DNA of 64,000 nucleotides, taken from positions 5,702-69,701 of the forward strand of contig JASHOQ010000115.1 of the NCBI GenBank assembly GCA_030041045.1, given 5' to 3'. Made by a program: the position numbers and the translations under genes. A model generated the notes under the pieces. It ran no database searches, was not told where the DNA came from, and saw nothing but the letters and a program-made list of their open reading frames with translations. This DNA is from Acidobacteriaceae bacterium (GTDB lineage: Bacteria > Acidobacteriota > Terriglobia > Terriglobales > Acidobacteriaceae). This document shows positions 10,455 to 20,926 of this stretch, piece after piece. How positions within the stretch are numbered: position 1 is the stretch's first letter; the number at the start of each line of letters is the position of its first letter.

Positions 10455-10576
10455 CACCCGCTGGAGCCCCCAATGCCAGCGAATAAATCGGTTCATCCCC
10501 TACAAAAACGCTATCAGCGCGAGTCCTTTGGCCGTTTTCCTCCATCGTTCGTTCTACTTCCGCCTCATTTTTAGGG

Positions 10577-10606
10577 TTGACAATCGAATTAGGCCTCAGC
10601 TAAAGT
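10577..10606 (+). promoter_or_regulatory. candidate sigma70-type promoter of the TonB-dependent receptor gene
   Basis: TTGACA (10577-10582), an 18-nt spacer, then TAAAGT (10601-10606). This would give a leader of about 185 nt before ATG 10792. Confidence 0.3.
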
Positions 10607-10791
10607 CCATTTCCGGATTGGGTTTTGGCAGTCGTTTGTCCTTCAACTCAATCGGTTGTGCATTCGGGAATGGCTCTAGCCGTTCTGCCTTTTCTCCAGA
10701 CACGCTTCACTGTGCGGATGAGCAGGTAAAAAGTCCAAAAAGAACAAGCGAATGCCGAGAACAAGAACTACCGGGTCTTTCAGGAGGTTTC

Positions 10792-13700
10792 ATGACGAAG
10801 GCTACGTGTCGTGTGCTCGCCGGGCTGGTGCTGGCCGGCGCGGGTCTCTTCATCGCCCAGGTCAGGGCGCAGGCGGTGTACGGATCGATCTTCGGAACGG
10901 TGACGGACCCGAAGGGCGCCGCGATTCCCGGCGCCCTGGTTGACGTAACCGATGAATCCAAAGGCACCGTCGTCAGCGTCACCTCGAACGCCACCGGCGA
11001 TTACTCAGTCCCCCACCTGATCCCCGACGTCTACGACCTCAAGGTCACCGCCAAAGGATTTGAAGCCTTTGAGACCAAGGGCATCAACGTCCTCGCCGAT
11101 ACCGCCCCGCGCATTGATCCCATGCTGGCTGTTGGCGCCACCGCTACCACTGTCGAAGTGAGCGCGGATACCGAGCCGGAGCTGAAGACCGACCGCGCCG
11201 ACGTCGCCAGCGTATTCGACGAGCAGCAGGTGGCAAGCCTGCCGGTACAGGACGAGAACTTTACCAACCTGCAACTGCTCTTGCCCGGCGCGCAGATTCT
11301 GGGCTGGTCGCACGCGGCCGATGAGAATCCCCAGGCTTCGAAGCAGATTCAGATCGACGGACAGGCCTTCGGCGGCGTGGCCTACGAACTGGACGGCGCC
11401 GACAACGAAGATCCGATCCTGGGAATCATCGTAGTTAACCCTTCCATCGACGCGGTTACTGAGGTCAAGGTCACCACTCAGGACTACGACGCCGAAGAGG
11501 GCAAGGCGGTTTCGGCTGTCATGACCGCGCAAACCACCTCCGGCACCAATAATTTTCACGGCGACATCTACGACTTCCGCACCGGCAACGCCAACCTGGC
11601 CCGCGATCCTTACGACCAGCCCCCGGGACCCAATGCCATCCCCGCCGGTCTCAAGAACCGCTTTGGAGGATCGGTCGGCGGACCGGTTCTCAAGGACAAG
11701 CTCTTCTTCTTCGGCAACTATGAGGGGCAGCGCCAAAAAGTTGGCACCTCCGCGTTCGATACGCTGCCCACGGTCCTCACCACCGAGACTTGCCTCGGAA
11801 ACGCAGCGCAAACGGTGACAAAAGATTCCAACGGCGGCGACGGCTGCGACTTCAGCGAATACCTGGCTCAGGGCGAATTTACCCATGACCCGCTTGCGTG
11901 GACCATCTATGACAACCTCGGCAATGACTCCGAAGGCGCGCCGTCGCCTTATCCCAACAACGTCATTCCCAGGTCGGAGGTAGGCACCACGGCCACGAAC
12001 CCGGCATTGGCTTTGCTGAAGGTGTTGGAGCCCTACGTCCTCGCCAAGAACATCACTTACACTCCCAACCCCGGCACAGGGGGTCTCGACGCAAACTACG
12101 CCGCATCGGGCACCGGCCTGTTCAACAGCGATCAATGGACAGAGCGCGTGGATTTCACGCTGAACGATAAGACCCACTTCTTCGAACGCTTCTCCCGCTT
12201 CACTGACACTCTGTCGGGAACGGTGATGTTCGGCGCCGGGGGCGGCCCGGGCTTCGGCATCAACAACTACGGCGGCAACTCGAAGGGCGCCGACGACAGC
12301 GACGTGGTGGGCACGGACATTGCCATCAATCCCAAGTTGCTCACCGACGTGCGCCTCGGCTATCTCCGCTACAACATCGGAGACCAGAAACACGACGTCG
12401 GCACCAACTTTGCCACCATGCTCGGCATTCCCGGCATCAACACCGGCCCGGCCATCCTCACCGGCTCTCCAGGGTTCTTTATCACGCCCGTGCCCGGCGG
12501 TGCGGGTTCCACCGTGGCGAGCGGTTATGATTCCTATGGCGACGGCCTCAACATCAACCGCTGCAACTGCCCGCTGATCGAGCGCGAAGACCAGTTCCAG
12601 ATCGTCAACAACTGGACCAAGGTGCTGGGTAACCACTCCTTCAAGTGGGGTGTAGACCTCCGCTACGGCCGCAACCTGCGCGTTCCGTCCGACAACGATC
12701 GCGATGGCCTGATCTATTTCAACACCGGGCCAACCGAGGACCTCTCTGCTTCGACGCAAGGGGGATTGGGTTTGGCCACCTTCATGCTCGGAGAGGTTTC
12801 GGGCAACGGCGGTACGGCCTTCGGCCGCTACGTCTCCACCTCCTTCAACGCCAAGGAGTTCCAGAAACGCACCTTTTTCTATTTGGCAGACTCGTGGCGC
12901 GCCACGCACAAGTTAACCATCAACTTCGGCGGCCGCCTCGATCTGTTCTGGCCGGAGAGCGTCAATGGCGCCGGCAACGGCGCACTCCAGAACCTGAACG
13001 ACGGCTATCTGCACGTGGCCGGCATCGGCGGAATCCCCTCCGATATGGGCTGGACGGTGAGGGCTCTCAAGCAGCTTTCGCCCCGCCTTGCCGCTTCCTA
13101 CGAGATTGATCAGAAAACCGTTATCCGCGCGGGCTACGGACGCAGCTTCGACATGGGCGTCTTCGGCTCTATCTTCGGCCACGCGGTCACGCAAGATATT
13201 CCTGTGCTGGCCTTTCAGAATATTGTGGCGCCCAATACCATCACGCCTGCATTTGATCTGAGCGCCGGGCCGCCAGCCTACGTTTTCCCAACGACTCCCG
13301 CCAACGGCTTGCTGCCCGAGCCAGGCTACACCGTCTCGTCCTATTCCCGGCCCAACCCGTTGCAATTCCCCACCATCGACGCCTGGAACCTGGCCGTGCA
13401 GCGCTCGCTCACCGGCACTATGAGCCTCACGGTGGCCTACGTCGGCAACAAGGGAACGCACACGCTGGGCGACGGCGACGGCAACACTACCAACCCCAAC
13501 GAAGCCACGATCGCCTTGCCCGCGCAATACAGCGTAAACGGACAGACGATAACCTTTAACCCTGCCGCGGGCTCCGGCATCTCGGCGAACAACCAGACCG
13601 GAAGCTCCAAGTACCTGGAGCGCTTCTACGGCGGTTCGCTGGCGGCTTGCCGCGATCCAGACTATCTCAGCTCCGCCCACTTCCCCTCGGGAACGACTAT

Positions 13701-14532
13701 CGCAGATGTTGATAGCGATCCCCTTCTCCAGCCCGGCATGTGCGGCTGGACGGCGGGAATCAATTACCACGGCAATAACCAGAACACCGAGTACGACTCC
13801 ATGCAGGTCACGCTTTCGCAGCGCTCCTACAAGGGCCTGAACTTAACCACTAATTACGTGTGGGCCAGCGCCTTCGACGAGAGCACCGACTACTTCACTT
13901 GGAGCCACTCCATTCCCCATATGCGCGACAGCAACGTCCGCCGGCAGCAACTGATCGGCTATGGCAGCTACGACCTGCCCTTCGGCCATGGCAAGCAGTA
14001 CTTAAGCGGCGCCAATGGCCTTACCGACGCGTTCGTCGGCGGCTGGCAGCTCAGCGATACCACAAACTGGGCGAGCGGCCTGCCTTGGACACTCAGCTAC
14101 AACGAGTGCGGCGCCAATGTTCCCAATGGACCTTGCGACCCCAGCATCGTTCAAGGTGAGCACCTCAAGATTCACCTCACCGCATTCAACCCGCAGACCG
14201 CTTCACGCACGTTCTTCACAACGGAGACGCTGGGCAGCGGGGTCTTTTACAACCCGGGCCTGGATAACTTCGGCAACGTGGGTCAAAACACCTACTTCGG
14301 GCCGAGGTTCTTCGGAACTGATATGGCGATCACCAAACAGTTCAGCATCTGGGAGAAGGTTTCCGGTAAGTTTCGCATGGATGCCTTCAACATCTTTAAC
14401 CACATTGCAGCAGGCAACCCGAACGGCAGCGTTGAATCGGGTGGCACAATTACCGCCGGTGGCCAGGGTTACGGCCAAAGCTTCGACTTCGGCCCTCGGC
14501 AGCTCGACTTCAGCCTCCGCCTGCAGTACTGA
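10792..14532 (+). CDS. TonB-dependent receptor-like outer-membrane protein with N-terminal carboxypeptidase-regulatory-like domain
   Basis: AGGAGG at 10783-10788, then ATG. Signal peptide MTKATCRVLAGLVLAGAGLFIAQVRAQA, then VYGSIFGTVTDPKGAAIPGALVDVTDESKGT (CarboxypepD_reg). C-terminal barrel ends ...LDFSLRLQY. Confidence 0.85.
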   Translation: MTKATCRVLAGLVLAGAGLFIAQVRAQAVYGSIFGTVTDPKGAAIPGALVDVTDESKGTVVSVTSNATGDYSVPHLIPDVYDLKVTAKGFEAFETKGINVLADTAPRIDPMLAVGATATTVEVSADTEPELKTDRADVASVFDEQQVASLPVQDENFTNLQLLLPGAQILGWSHAADENPQASKQIQIDGQAFGGVAYELDGADNEDPILGIIVVNPSIDAVTEVKVTTQDYDAEEGKAVSAVMTAQTTSGTNNFHGDIYDFRTGNANLARDPYDQPPGPNAIPAGLKNRFGGSVGGPVLKDKLFFFGNYEGQRQKVGTSAFDTLPTVLTTETCLGNAAQTVTKDSNGGDGCDFSEYLAQGEFTHDPLAWTIYDNLGNDSEGAPSPYPNNVIPRSEVGTTATNPALALLKVLEPYVLAKNITYTPNPGTGGLDANYAASGTGLFNSDQWTERVDFTLNDKTHFFERFSRFTDTLSGTVMFGAGGGPGFGINNYGGNSKGADDSDVVGTDIAINPKLLTDVRLGYLRYNIGDQKHDVGTNFATMLGIPGINTGPAILTGSPGFFITPVPGGAGSTVASGYDSYGDGLNINRCNCPLIEREDQFQIVNNWTKVLGNHSFKWGVDLRYGRNLRVPSDNDRDGLIYFNTGPTEDLSASTQGGLGLATFMLGEVSGNGGTAFGRYVSTSFNAKEFQKRTFFYLADSWRATHKLTINFGGRLDLFWPESVNGAGNGALQNLNDGYLHVAGIGGIPSDMGWTVRALKQLSPRLAASYEIDQKTVIRAGYGRSFDMGVFGSIFGHAVTQDIPVLAFQNIVAPNTITPAFDLSAGPPAYVFPTTPANGLLPEPGYTVSSYSRPNPLQFPTIDAWNLAVQRSLTGTMSLTVAYVGNKGTHTLGDGDGNTTNPNEATIALPAQYSVNGQTITFNPAAGSGISANNQTGSSKYLERFYGGSLAACRDPDYLSSAHFPSGTTIADVDSDPLLQPGMCGWTAGINYHGNNQNTEYDSMQVTLSQRSYKGLNLTTNYVWASAFDESTDYFTWSHSIPHMRDSNVRRQQLIGYGSYDLPFGHGKQYLSGANGLTDAFVGGWQLSDTTNWASGLPWTLSYNECGANVPNGPCDPSIVQGEHLKIHLTAFNPQTASRTFFTTETLGSGVFYNPGLDNFGNVGQNTYFGPRFFGTDMAITKQFSIWEKVSGKFRMDAFNIFNHIAAGNPNGSVESGGTITAGGQGYGQSFDFGPRQLDFSLRLQY

Positions 14533-14558
14533 CCAGCGAACCAACAACATTCAACCAG

Positions 14559-14587
14559 GAGGGGAGCTTCGGCTCCCCTCTTTCTTT
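14559..14587 (+). terminator. rho-independent terminator after the receptor gene
   Basis: GAGGGGAGC-TTCG-GCTCCCCTC hairpin (14559-14580) followed by TTTCTTT. Confidence 0.6.
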
Positions 14588-14713
14588 GCCGTTGCCCTGC
14601 AATCTCGACGTGTGCCAGGGCACTGAAACGCTCGGATCCGCCATCCGGCGACCGCCCTCTCACACCAACTGATTCGATGAGAGCGGCTTTAAACTAAAGA
14701 CCAGGTCCACATC

Positions 14714-15757
14714 ATGGCTAGTCAAGCGATCGCTGCCATCCTTCTTGCCGTCCTTGCCGTCGCCTCGTCCGGCGAGCCGCAGCAAGCCGGAGCGCAGCCG
14801 GCCGCGCAAATTGCCGCGCCCTCGTTTGCCTCAGCCCAGGAGCTTGCCGCCCGCGGCCGCCTGGACCAGGCGCTCACGCAACTGAATCAATTGGCGGCGC
14901 AATCGTCGGAGCCGCCCGGCGTGGAGCGCCTGCGCGGCATTATTTTCTACCAGAAGGAGCAATTTCCGGAAGCCATCGCGGCCTTCACCAAGGCTGAGGC
15001 CCAGGACCCCAACGATCGCGAGTCGGTCGAAATGCATGGCGTGAGCCTCTACCGTCTGGGCCGAGCCTCGGAGGCGATTCCCTTCCTCGAGAAAGCCCAC
15101 GCTCAAGTGGAGACGGCGAATGTCGATCCCAATTACGTCCTGGCTCTCTGCTATGCCGATGTGCAGCGCTACGACGACTCGCGCCACGCCTTTGCCGCGC
15201 AGTACGGCTTTCCGCCCGACTCGGCGGAGGCTTATCTTCTCGCCGGACGCATGTTCTTGCGCCGCGAGCTCCGCGATCAGGCCGGAGCAGCGGCGGCGAA
15301 GGCTCTTGCGCTGAATCCCCAATTGCCGCTGGCGCATGAGCTCCTGGGCGAAGTGGCGCTCGCCAAGGGTGACGTTCCCGGCGCCATTCGTGAACTCGAA
15401 GCCGAGCGCAAAATCAACCCGCTGGACGCGAGTCTCTACGACCGGCTGGGCGATGCCTATCTTCGCAACGAACAGTTCAAGGACGCGCAGCAGGCCCTCG
15501 ATCGCGCCGTGCTGCTGGAGCCCAACTCCACCGGGCCGTACATTCTCCTGGGTGAAACTTTCCTCAAGCTCAAGCAGCCCATCCAGGCGCTGCATTACCT
15601 GGTGCACGCCGCGCAGATGGATCCGTCGAACTACGTCACCCACAATCTGCTGGGCCAGGCTTATCGCGACACGGGGCAGGCCGACGAAGCCAGGCGCGAA
15701 TTCAAAATCGTCGTGGATTTGCAAAACAACGGGCCCGCCAGCGCCCCGGAGAAATAG
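14714..15757 (+). CDS. TPR repeat protein, secreted
   Basis: Signal-like N-terminus MASQAIAAILLAVLAVASS. Repeated TPR consensus (A..F..A....P....A...LG). Confidence 0.8.
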   Translation: MASQAIAAILLAVLAVASSGEPQQAGAQPAAQIAAPSFASAQELAARGRLDQALTQLNQLAAQSSEPPGVERLRGIIFYQKEQFPEAIAAFTKAEAQDPNDRESVEMHGVSLYRLGRASEAIPFLEKAHAQVETANVDPNYVLALCYADVQRYDDSRHAFAAQYGFPPDSAEAYLLAGRMFLRRELRDQAGAAAAKALALNPQLPLAHELLGEVALAKGDVPGAIRELEAERKINPLDASLYDRLGDAYLRNEQFKDAQQALDRAVLLEPNSTGPYILLGETFLKLKQPIQALHYLVHAAQMDPSNYVTHNLLGQAYRDTGQADEARREFKIVVDLQNNGPASAPEK

Positions 15758-15761
15758 GCAG

Positions 15762-17615
15762 ATGCGCCGGGTCTGCACCACGCTCTGCGTAGCCGGCCTC
15801 TGCGCGGCGCTCGTTGCGCCGGCGCGGCTCGTGGCGCAGGCGAATGCGCAAGCCATCAAGGAAGCGGATGCGGCCTTCCACGCCGGCTATGCGGCCCAGC
15901 AGGCAGGCAACCTGGAGCTGGCCCGAACGCAGTTCGCCCAGGCCGTGCGGCTGGCGCCGCAAATTCCGGAAGGGCATGAAGCGCTGGGCGCCGTGCTGGT
16001 GGAAATGGGCAGGCCCGTTGAGGCGGCAAACGAATTCGCAACCGCGGAAAATCTCAAGCCCAACGATGCGGCCATCGAAAGCAATCTGGCCCTCGCTCTG
16101 GCCCAGGCGGGTCAGCCGGAAAATGCCATCCCTCATTTCGACGCGGCGCTTCGGCTCGCGCAAAAGCCGTCGCAGACGCCGGTCAACGCCGATTTCCTTG
16201 AAGCCTTCGCCCGCGTACTGGTTGCCGCCGGCAAACCTGACCGGGCCCTGGAGCAGTTCGCCGCAGCGGAAGCGCTCACTGGTCCCAAAGCCGATCTCGA
16301 CGACGACATCGGCTCGCTCTATGCGCAGTTGGACCGCTGGGACGAGGCGCAAAGCCGCTTTGAGAAGGCGATTGCGCTCGATGGCAATTACGTGCGCGCG
16401 CGCATTCATCTGGGCATTCTGCTGCGACGTCAGCACGATCTCGCGGGATCGCTTGCAGAGCTCGAAAGCGCGGTCCGGATCGAGCCCACCAACGGCCAGG
16501 CCTTGCTCGAGGTTGGGCGCACCCAGGCCGCCATGGGCAATGACGCGGATGCCGCAAACGAATTTGCTGACGCCATCAAGATCGACGCCACGCTTCCCGA
16601 CGCGCAATTGGAGCTCGCCATGGCGCTGCAGCGGCTGGGACGGCAGCAGGAGGCAATCCCCTGGTTTCAACAGGCGGTTGCGCGCGACCCGCACAACCCA
16701 GCCGCGCTCGATAATCTCGGCCTCGCGCTCACGCTCACCGGCAACGCCAAGGACGCCCTCGCAATCCTCGAGCGTGCGCTGGCTGAGAATCCCGCCGACG
16801 TGGCTGCTCTCAAGGACCTCGGCGTGACTCATATCCAGCTTTCGGCCTTCGACGATGCCATTGGAGACTTGCAAAAGGCGCTTACACTTGATGCCAGCGA
16901 CGCGCAACTCCATTACGACCTTGGCGTGGCCTTGAAGTTCAAGGATCGATTTGATGACGCCATTGCCGAGTTGACGCGCGCCGCGCAATTGGATCCGAGC
17001 TTGCCGGATCCCCCGTACACGCTCGGCATTCTTTATATGCAGACCGGCAAGCTGGACCAGGCTGTTGTGGAATTGAAAAAAGCCGTCGCGCTCAGGCCCG
17101 ATAATGGCGATGCCTGGGCCATCTTGGGCAGCACCTTGAAGCAGGACTCCCGGCTCGACGAAGCTGTGGATGCGCTCAAAAAGGCCATCGCGCTCTTGCC
17201 AGCGCAGCCCGGCCCGCGCGTCACGCTCGCGGGCGCTCTCGCTGACCAGGCGGCAGCGCTCGAGCAGCAGGCCGACGCAGCGGACGCCTCCGGCGATCAG
17301 GCAAAGGCGGAACAGTTGCGCAGCCAGATGAAAGAGCTGCGAGGCCAGGCCGCCGATTACCGGCGTCAGGCTGCTGACCTGAGCCGCGCGGCCGTGAGCC
17401 GGCAGCGGGCCGATTTTGCTCTCAATGAAGGAAATCAAATGTTGCTGCGCGGCCAGATTGCCGACGCCATCGCGCGTTATCAGGAGTCGATCGCCGCCGA
17501 TCCCACTTTTGCCGAGCCGCACGTGCAACTGGCCATCGCCTATGAACGCCAGGGACGCATGGAAGATGCGGCCGCCGAGCGCGCCAAAGCAAAGGAATTG
17601 GATCCGGACAAATGA
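15762..17615 (+). CDS. TPR repeat protein, secreted (about 617 aa)
   Basis: Start moved to ATG 15762 (MRRVCTTLCVAGLCAALVAPARLVAQA). The upstream part of track ORF 15336.. overlaps the previous gene out of frame. More than 12 TPR units. Confidence 0.8.
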   Translation: MRRVCTTLCVAGLCAALVAPARLVAQANAQAIKEADAAFHAGYAAQQAGNLELARTQFAQAVRLAPQIPEGHEALGAVLVEMGRPVEAANEFATAENLKPNDAAIESNLALALAQAGQPENAIPHFDAALRLAQKPSQTPVNADFLEAFARVLVAAGKPDRALEQFAAAEALTGPKADLDDDIGSLYAQLDRWDEAQSRFEKAIALDGNYVRARIHLGILLRRQHDLAGSLAELESAVRIEPTNGQALLEVGRTQAAMGNDADAANEFADAIKIDATLPDAQLELAMALQRLGRQQEAIPWFQQAVARDPHNPAALDNLGLALTLTGNAKDALAILERALAENPADVAALKDLGVTHIQLSAFDDAIGDLQKALTLDASDAQLHYDLGVALKFKDRFDDAIAELTRAAQLDPSLPDPPYTLGILYMQTGKLDQAVVELKKAVALRPDNGDAWAILGSTLKQDSRLDEAVDALKKAIALLPAQPGPRVTLAGALADQAAALEQQADAADASGDQAKAEQLRSQMKELRGQAADYRRQAADLSRAAVSRQRADFALNEGNQMLLRGQIADAIARYQESIAADPTFAEPHVQLAIAYERQGRMEDAAAERAKAKELDPDK

Positions 17616-17665
17616 CACCACCGGCTGCCCCGGCGGCGCGCCCCATGTGCTAGACTTTCGCCCGG

Positions 17666-18325
17666 ATGAATGCCTTCCCGATTGGAGTTCTACTGATACT
17701 TGGCGCAACCCCGCTTGTGGCGCAAACCCGGGCGCCCGCGCCGGCATCCGCTCCTACGCGAACCTACACCAACAATGTCGGCTTCAGTTACACCGTCCCT
17801 TCCGATTGGGAGGTGGTGGACATGGGCTCTACGCTGCCGGGTGCGCAACAGCAGGCGCAGCAGCAAGCCTCCAGCGACCAGGAGAAACGGGGAATCGGCT
17901 GCACGCAGATGGGCCTGAGCGCGCGCTACGGCAGTCCCGCTTCCACGGTGGTCGCCGTGGTGTTGCCCTTCGCCTGCCTTGGATCGGAAATGACCGAGAA
18001 GGATTTGTCCGGCATGGGAGAAGGAGCTCTGGAGGGAGTCCGGCAAAACTTCGATCTCGGCGAACCGCAATACGGCGCATATTCCCTGGGCAGCCACAAT
18101 CTGTGGATCGAGCGCGTCATCGGCACTCTCAAAGACCATCCTAAGGCTCAGTACGCGGTGGAAACCGTGTGCGGCATTCTGAAGAAGGGTGCAGTGTGCT
18201 GGATGGCGATTGCCGCCGACCCGGCGGCGCTGGCAAGTTTCGAGCACTGTATAGTGGTGCTCGACGATGAGGCGCCCTCCGCGCTGGCGCCCGCGAACGC
18301 CTTCGCGAAGAAGCCGTCGTATTAG
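17666..18325 (+). CDS. hypothetical secreted protein
   Basis: Signal peptide MNAFPIGVLLILGATPLVAQ. No motif recognised. Confidence 0.6.
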   Translation: MNAFPIGVLLILGATPLVAQTRAPAPASAPTRTYTNNVGFSYTVPSDWEVVDMGSTLPGAQQQAQQQASSDQEKRGIGCTQMGLSARYGSPASTVVAVVLPFACLGSEMTEKDLSGMGEGALEGVRQNFDLGEPQYGAYSLGSHNLWIERVIGTLKDHPKAQYAVETVCGILKKGAVCWMAIAADPAALASFEHCIVVLDDEAPSALAPANAFAKKPSY

Positions 18326-18431
18326 GCAGTTCGATTGAGTAAGTGCCTCATGTGCCTGGAGTCATGGTCACGATAGTCGAACACGGAGCGCGCAGCAAAT
18401 ATCAGTCAATTCTCGCCCGGAGAAACCCGCA

Positions 18432-20321
18432 TTGCCGATTACGCGCCGCCGCTTCTTGAACTCGCTTTGCCGCACCGCACTGGTATTGCCATTGCAAGAA
18501 GTTCTTCGATTGGCTCGTCCGGCTCTGGCCAGGGACGGAGGCCAAACCGCTCCGCCGCAAAAGCCCGCAGGCGCGGCGCGCGAGACGTATGCGGCGCAAG
18601 CCCGGCCCGCGCCCAAAGGAACGCCCTCGCCGGTCACCGGTACCCCGCTCGGAGTTCAGTTTGTCGACGTTGCCAAAGAGGCAGGCCTCAACGTGGAAAC
18701 CATCTTTGGCGGCGAGCACCACAACAAGTATCTGCTGGAGACTACCGGCTGCGGCGCTGCGTTCTTCGATTACGATCAGGACGACTGGGTCGACATTTTT
18801 CTGGTGAACGGCTGGCGGCTCGAGGGTTTTCCCCAGGGGCATGAGCCGGTGTGCCATCTGTTCAAGAACAATCGTGACGGCACATTTACCGACGTCACTC
18901 TGAAAGCAGGCCTGGCGCGGTCCGGCTGGGGCCAGGCGTGCTGCGTCGGCGATTACAACAACGACGGCTGGAACGATCTCTTCGTCAGCTATTACGGCCA
19001 GAACGCGCTCTTCCGCAACAACGGCAACGGCACCTTCACTGAGGTCACCCGGGAAGCCGGCCTGCTGCAGGACCGCCTGCGCTGGAACTCCGGCTGCGCG
19101 TTTCTCGATTACGACCGCGACGGCCATCTCGATCTCTTCGTCGGCAACTACATCGATCTCGATCTCAAAACCGCGCCGCTGCCCGAAGATGCGAACTGCA
19201 CCTACAAGGGCATTCAGGTTGCCTGCGGACCGCCGGGCCTCCAGGGCGGCAAGAACCTTCTCTACCACAACAACGGTGACGGCACGTTCACCGATGTGAG
19301 CGACAAGGGCGGCATGGGCACGGCGCTGGGCACCTACGCTCTCGGCGTGGTTGCCGCCGATTTCGACAATACCGGCTGGCCCAACATTTACGTTGCCAAC
19401 GATTCCACCGCAGCCACTTATTACGTGAATCAACAGGACGGCGCCTTCAAGGACCAGGCCGTTGAAGCAGGCGTGGCGTATTCGCCCGATGGAAAGCCGC
19501 AGGCGGGCATGGGCGTTTCCGCCGGAGACTACAACCGCGACGGCCTTCTCGACATTGTGAAGACAAACTTCGCCGGCGACACCGACTCGCTCTATTTGAA
19601 CCTGGGCGAGGGCTCTTTCGACGATCGCACCTACCAGGCCGGTCTGGGCATGAATACGCGCTTGCTGGGTTGGGGCGTCAGCTTCCTGGATATCGATAAC
19701 GACGGCTGGCCGGATATTCTCATTGCCAACGGCCACGTCTACCCTGAAGTGGATGGAACCGAAGTGGACGCACCCTACGCCGAGCGCAAGTATCTCTACC
19801 GCAACCTGCGCAACGGCCAGTTTGAAGACGCGAGCCTCCTCGGCGGCAGCGGCATCACCACCCCGGCCAGGGCGCGCGGCTTTGCCGTGGGCGATTATGA
19901 CAATGACGGCGATCTGGACGCGGTGGTCAACTGCGTCAACGCCCTTCCGCAACTGCTGCGCTGCGACACCACGCTCCACCGCAATTGGATCAAGATTCGC
20001 GTCGTGGGAACCAGGAGCAACCGCAGCGGCATTGGCGCGCGGGTGAAGGTGGTGGCGCAAACCGGCACTCCCCTGTTGAGTGCAAAACCCGGTTCTCCGC
20101 TCGCCCAGATCGACGAGGTTCGCTCCTCGAACGGCTATTTCTCCGCCGGCGACCTGCGCCTGCACTTCGGTCTCGGCGACGCCGGGAAGGTCGACCTCGT
20201 CGAAATCCGCTGGCCTTCCGGCGCCGTGGACATGCTCACCAACCTTGACGTGAATCGCCTTTACGTGATCGAAGAAGGCGGCAAGATTTTGAAGTCTGAA
20301 GCCTTCCCGACTACGCGGTAG
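18432..20321 (+). CDS. CRTAC1-family protein (FG-GAP/VCBS repeats + ASPIC/UnbV domain), Tat signal
   Basis: TTG start with twin-arginine motif ITRRRFL. Repeated DYD.DG..D.FV units. C-terminal RWPSG...L..l..n..y.i.EG ASPIC/UnbV signature. Confidence 0.85.
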   Translation: MPITRRRFLNSLCRTALVLPLQEVLRLARPALARDGGQTAPPQKPAGAARETYAAQARPAPKGTPSPVTGTPLGVQFVDVAKEAGLNVETIFGGEHHNKYLLETTGCGAAFFDYDQDDWVDIFLVNGWRLEGFPQGHEPVCHLFKNNRDGTFTDVTLKAGLARSGWGQACCVGDYNNDGWNDLFVSYYGQNALFRNNGNGTFTEVTREAGLLQDRLRWNSGCAFLDYDRDGHLDLFVGNYIDLDLKTAPLPEDANCTYKGIQVACGPPGLQGGKNLLYHNNGDGTFTDVSDKGGMGTALGTYALGVVAADFDNTGWPNIYVANDSTAATYYVNQQDGAFKDQAVEAGVAYSPDGKPQAGMGVSAGDYNRDGLLDIVKTNFAGDTDSLYLNLGEGSFDDRTYQAGLGMNTRLLGWGVSFLDIDNDGWPDILIANGHVYPEVDGTEVDAPYAERKYLYRNLRNGQFEDASLLGGSGITTPARARGFAVGDYDNDGDLDAVVNCVNALPQLLRCDTTLHRNWIKIRVVGTRSNRSGIGARVKVVAQTGTPLLSAKPGSPLAQIDEVRSSNGYFSAGDLRLHFGLGDAGKVDLVEIRWPSGAVDMLTNLDVNRLYVIEEGGKILKSEAFPTTR

Positions 20322-20922
20322 CGCGCGATGGCGCTCTCTTGCGGGATCCGCCGCGCGCGGACAGCCGCCGGCCATCGCGCGCTTCGCCGCGCCCGCGGCG
20401 CACAGTCTTCGCCACGCGTCCGCCGCGCGAGAGTTCGCATGTCTCCCACAGCCCACGCAGCCGCCGCGCTTCCTCGTAGTGCCGGCGCGTCAGCCGCAGC
20501 AGAATCCTCTTCCCCTTGGCCGTGAGCGCCACGTTCACCACGCGCCGGTCGGCTGCATCCTGCGCGCGCCGCACCAGCCCGCTCTGCTCGGCCCGCTCCA
20601 CCAGTCCCACCACGGAGTGGTGCCGCTCCTGCAGAAACTCCGCCAGCTCGGTCACGCTGGCCGATTCCCGGCCGGTGTAGCCCTCGATGCCGAGCATCAA
20701 TTGATGCTGCTGTGGCGTCACGTTGCAGCGGCGCGCAGCATCTTCACTGAAGCGGAGAAACTGGCGCAGCGCGTACCGGAATTGCGCCAGGTTGCGTACA
20801 ATGGCGGCAATGCGCGCCGCATCCATGGTTTCCCAGCGCCCGGAGATGGCTTTTGCCGTCATCTCTTCCAGTATAGCGGATTTGGCGCGCGTTTCCGCAA
20901 TCCGTCGGTTTTGAAAATGCAT
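20311..20922 (-). CDS. MarR family transcriptional regulator with Arg-rich C-terminal tail
   Basis: FRYALRQFLRFSEDAARRCNVTPQQHQLMLGIEG...VTELAEFLQERHHSVVGLVERAEQSGLVRR (winged HTH). The start is uncertain (ATG 20922, 20862 or 20826). The 3' end overlaps the CRTAC1 gene by 11 nt. Confidence 0.8.
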   Translation of the reverse strand: MHFQNRRIAETRAKSAILEEMTAKAISGRWETMDAARIAAIVRNLAQFRYALRQFLRFSEDAARRCNVTPQQHQLMLGIEGYTGRESASVTELAEFLQERHHSVVGLVERAEQSGLVRRAQDAADRRVVNVALTAKGKRILLRLTRRHYEEARRLRGLWETCELSRGGRVAKTVRRGRGEARDGRRLSARGGSRKRAPSRATA

Positions 20923-20926
20923 CGTA

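Noticed and set aside
10528-10791. 88-codon N-terminal extension of the receptor ORF
   Set aside because: It has no signal peptide or domain. A strong AGGAGG RBS and a signal peptide begin at ATG 10792.
11005-12909. 634-aa ORF on the minus strand
   Set aside because: It is antisense to the TonB-dependent receptor gene and is a shadow ORF. The long antisense ORFs at 15702..17747, 34335..35516, 55559..57682, 60210..61601 and 62037..63512 are rejected for the same reason.
15336-15761. 5' extension of the second TPR gene
   Set aside because: It overlaps the first TPR gene out of frame. ATG 15762 gives a proper signal peptide 5 nt after the upstream stop.
18402-20456. 684-aa ORF on the minus strand
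   Set aside because: It is antisense to the well-supported CRTAC1/ASPIC gene. Its composition is Ala/Arg/Gly-rich with no motifs, which is typical of a high-GC shadow ORF.
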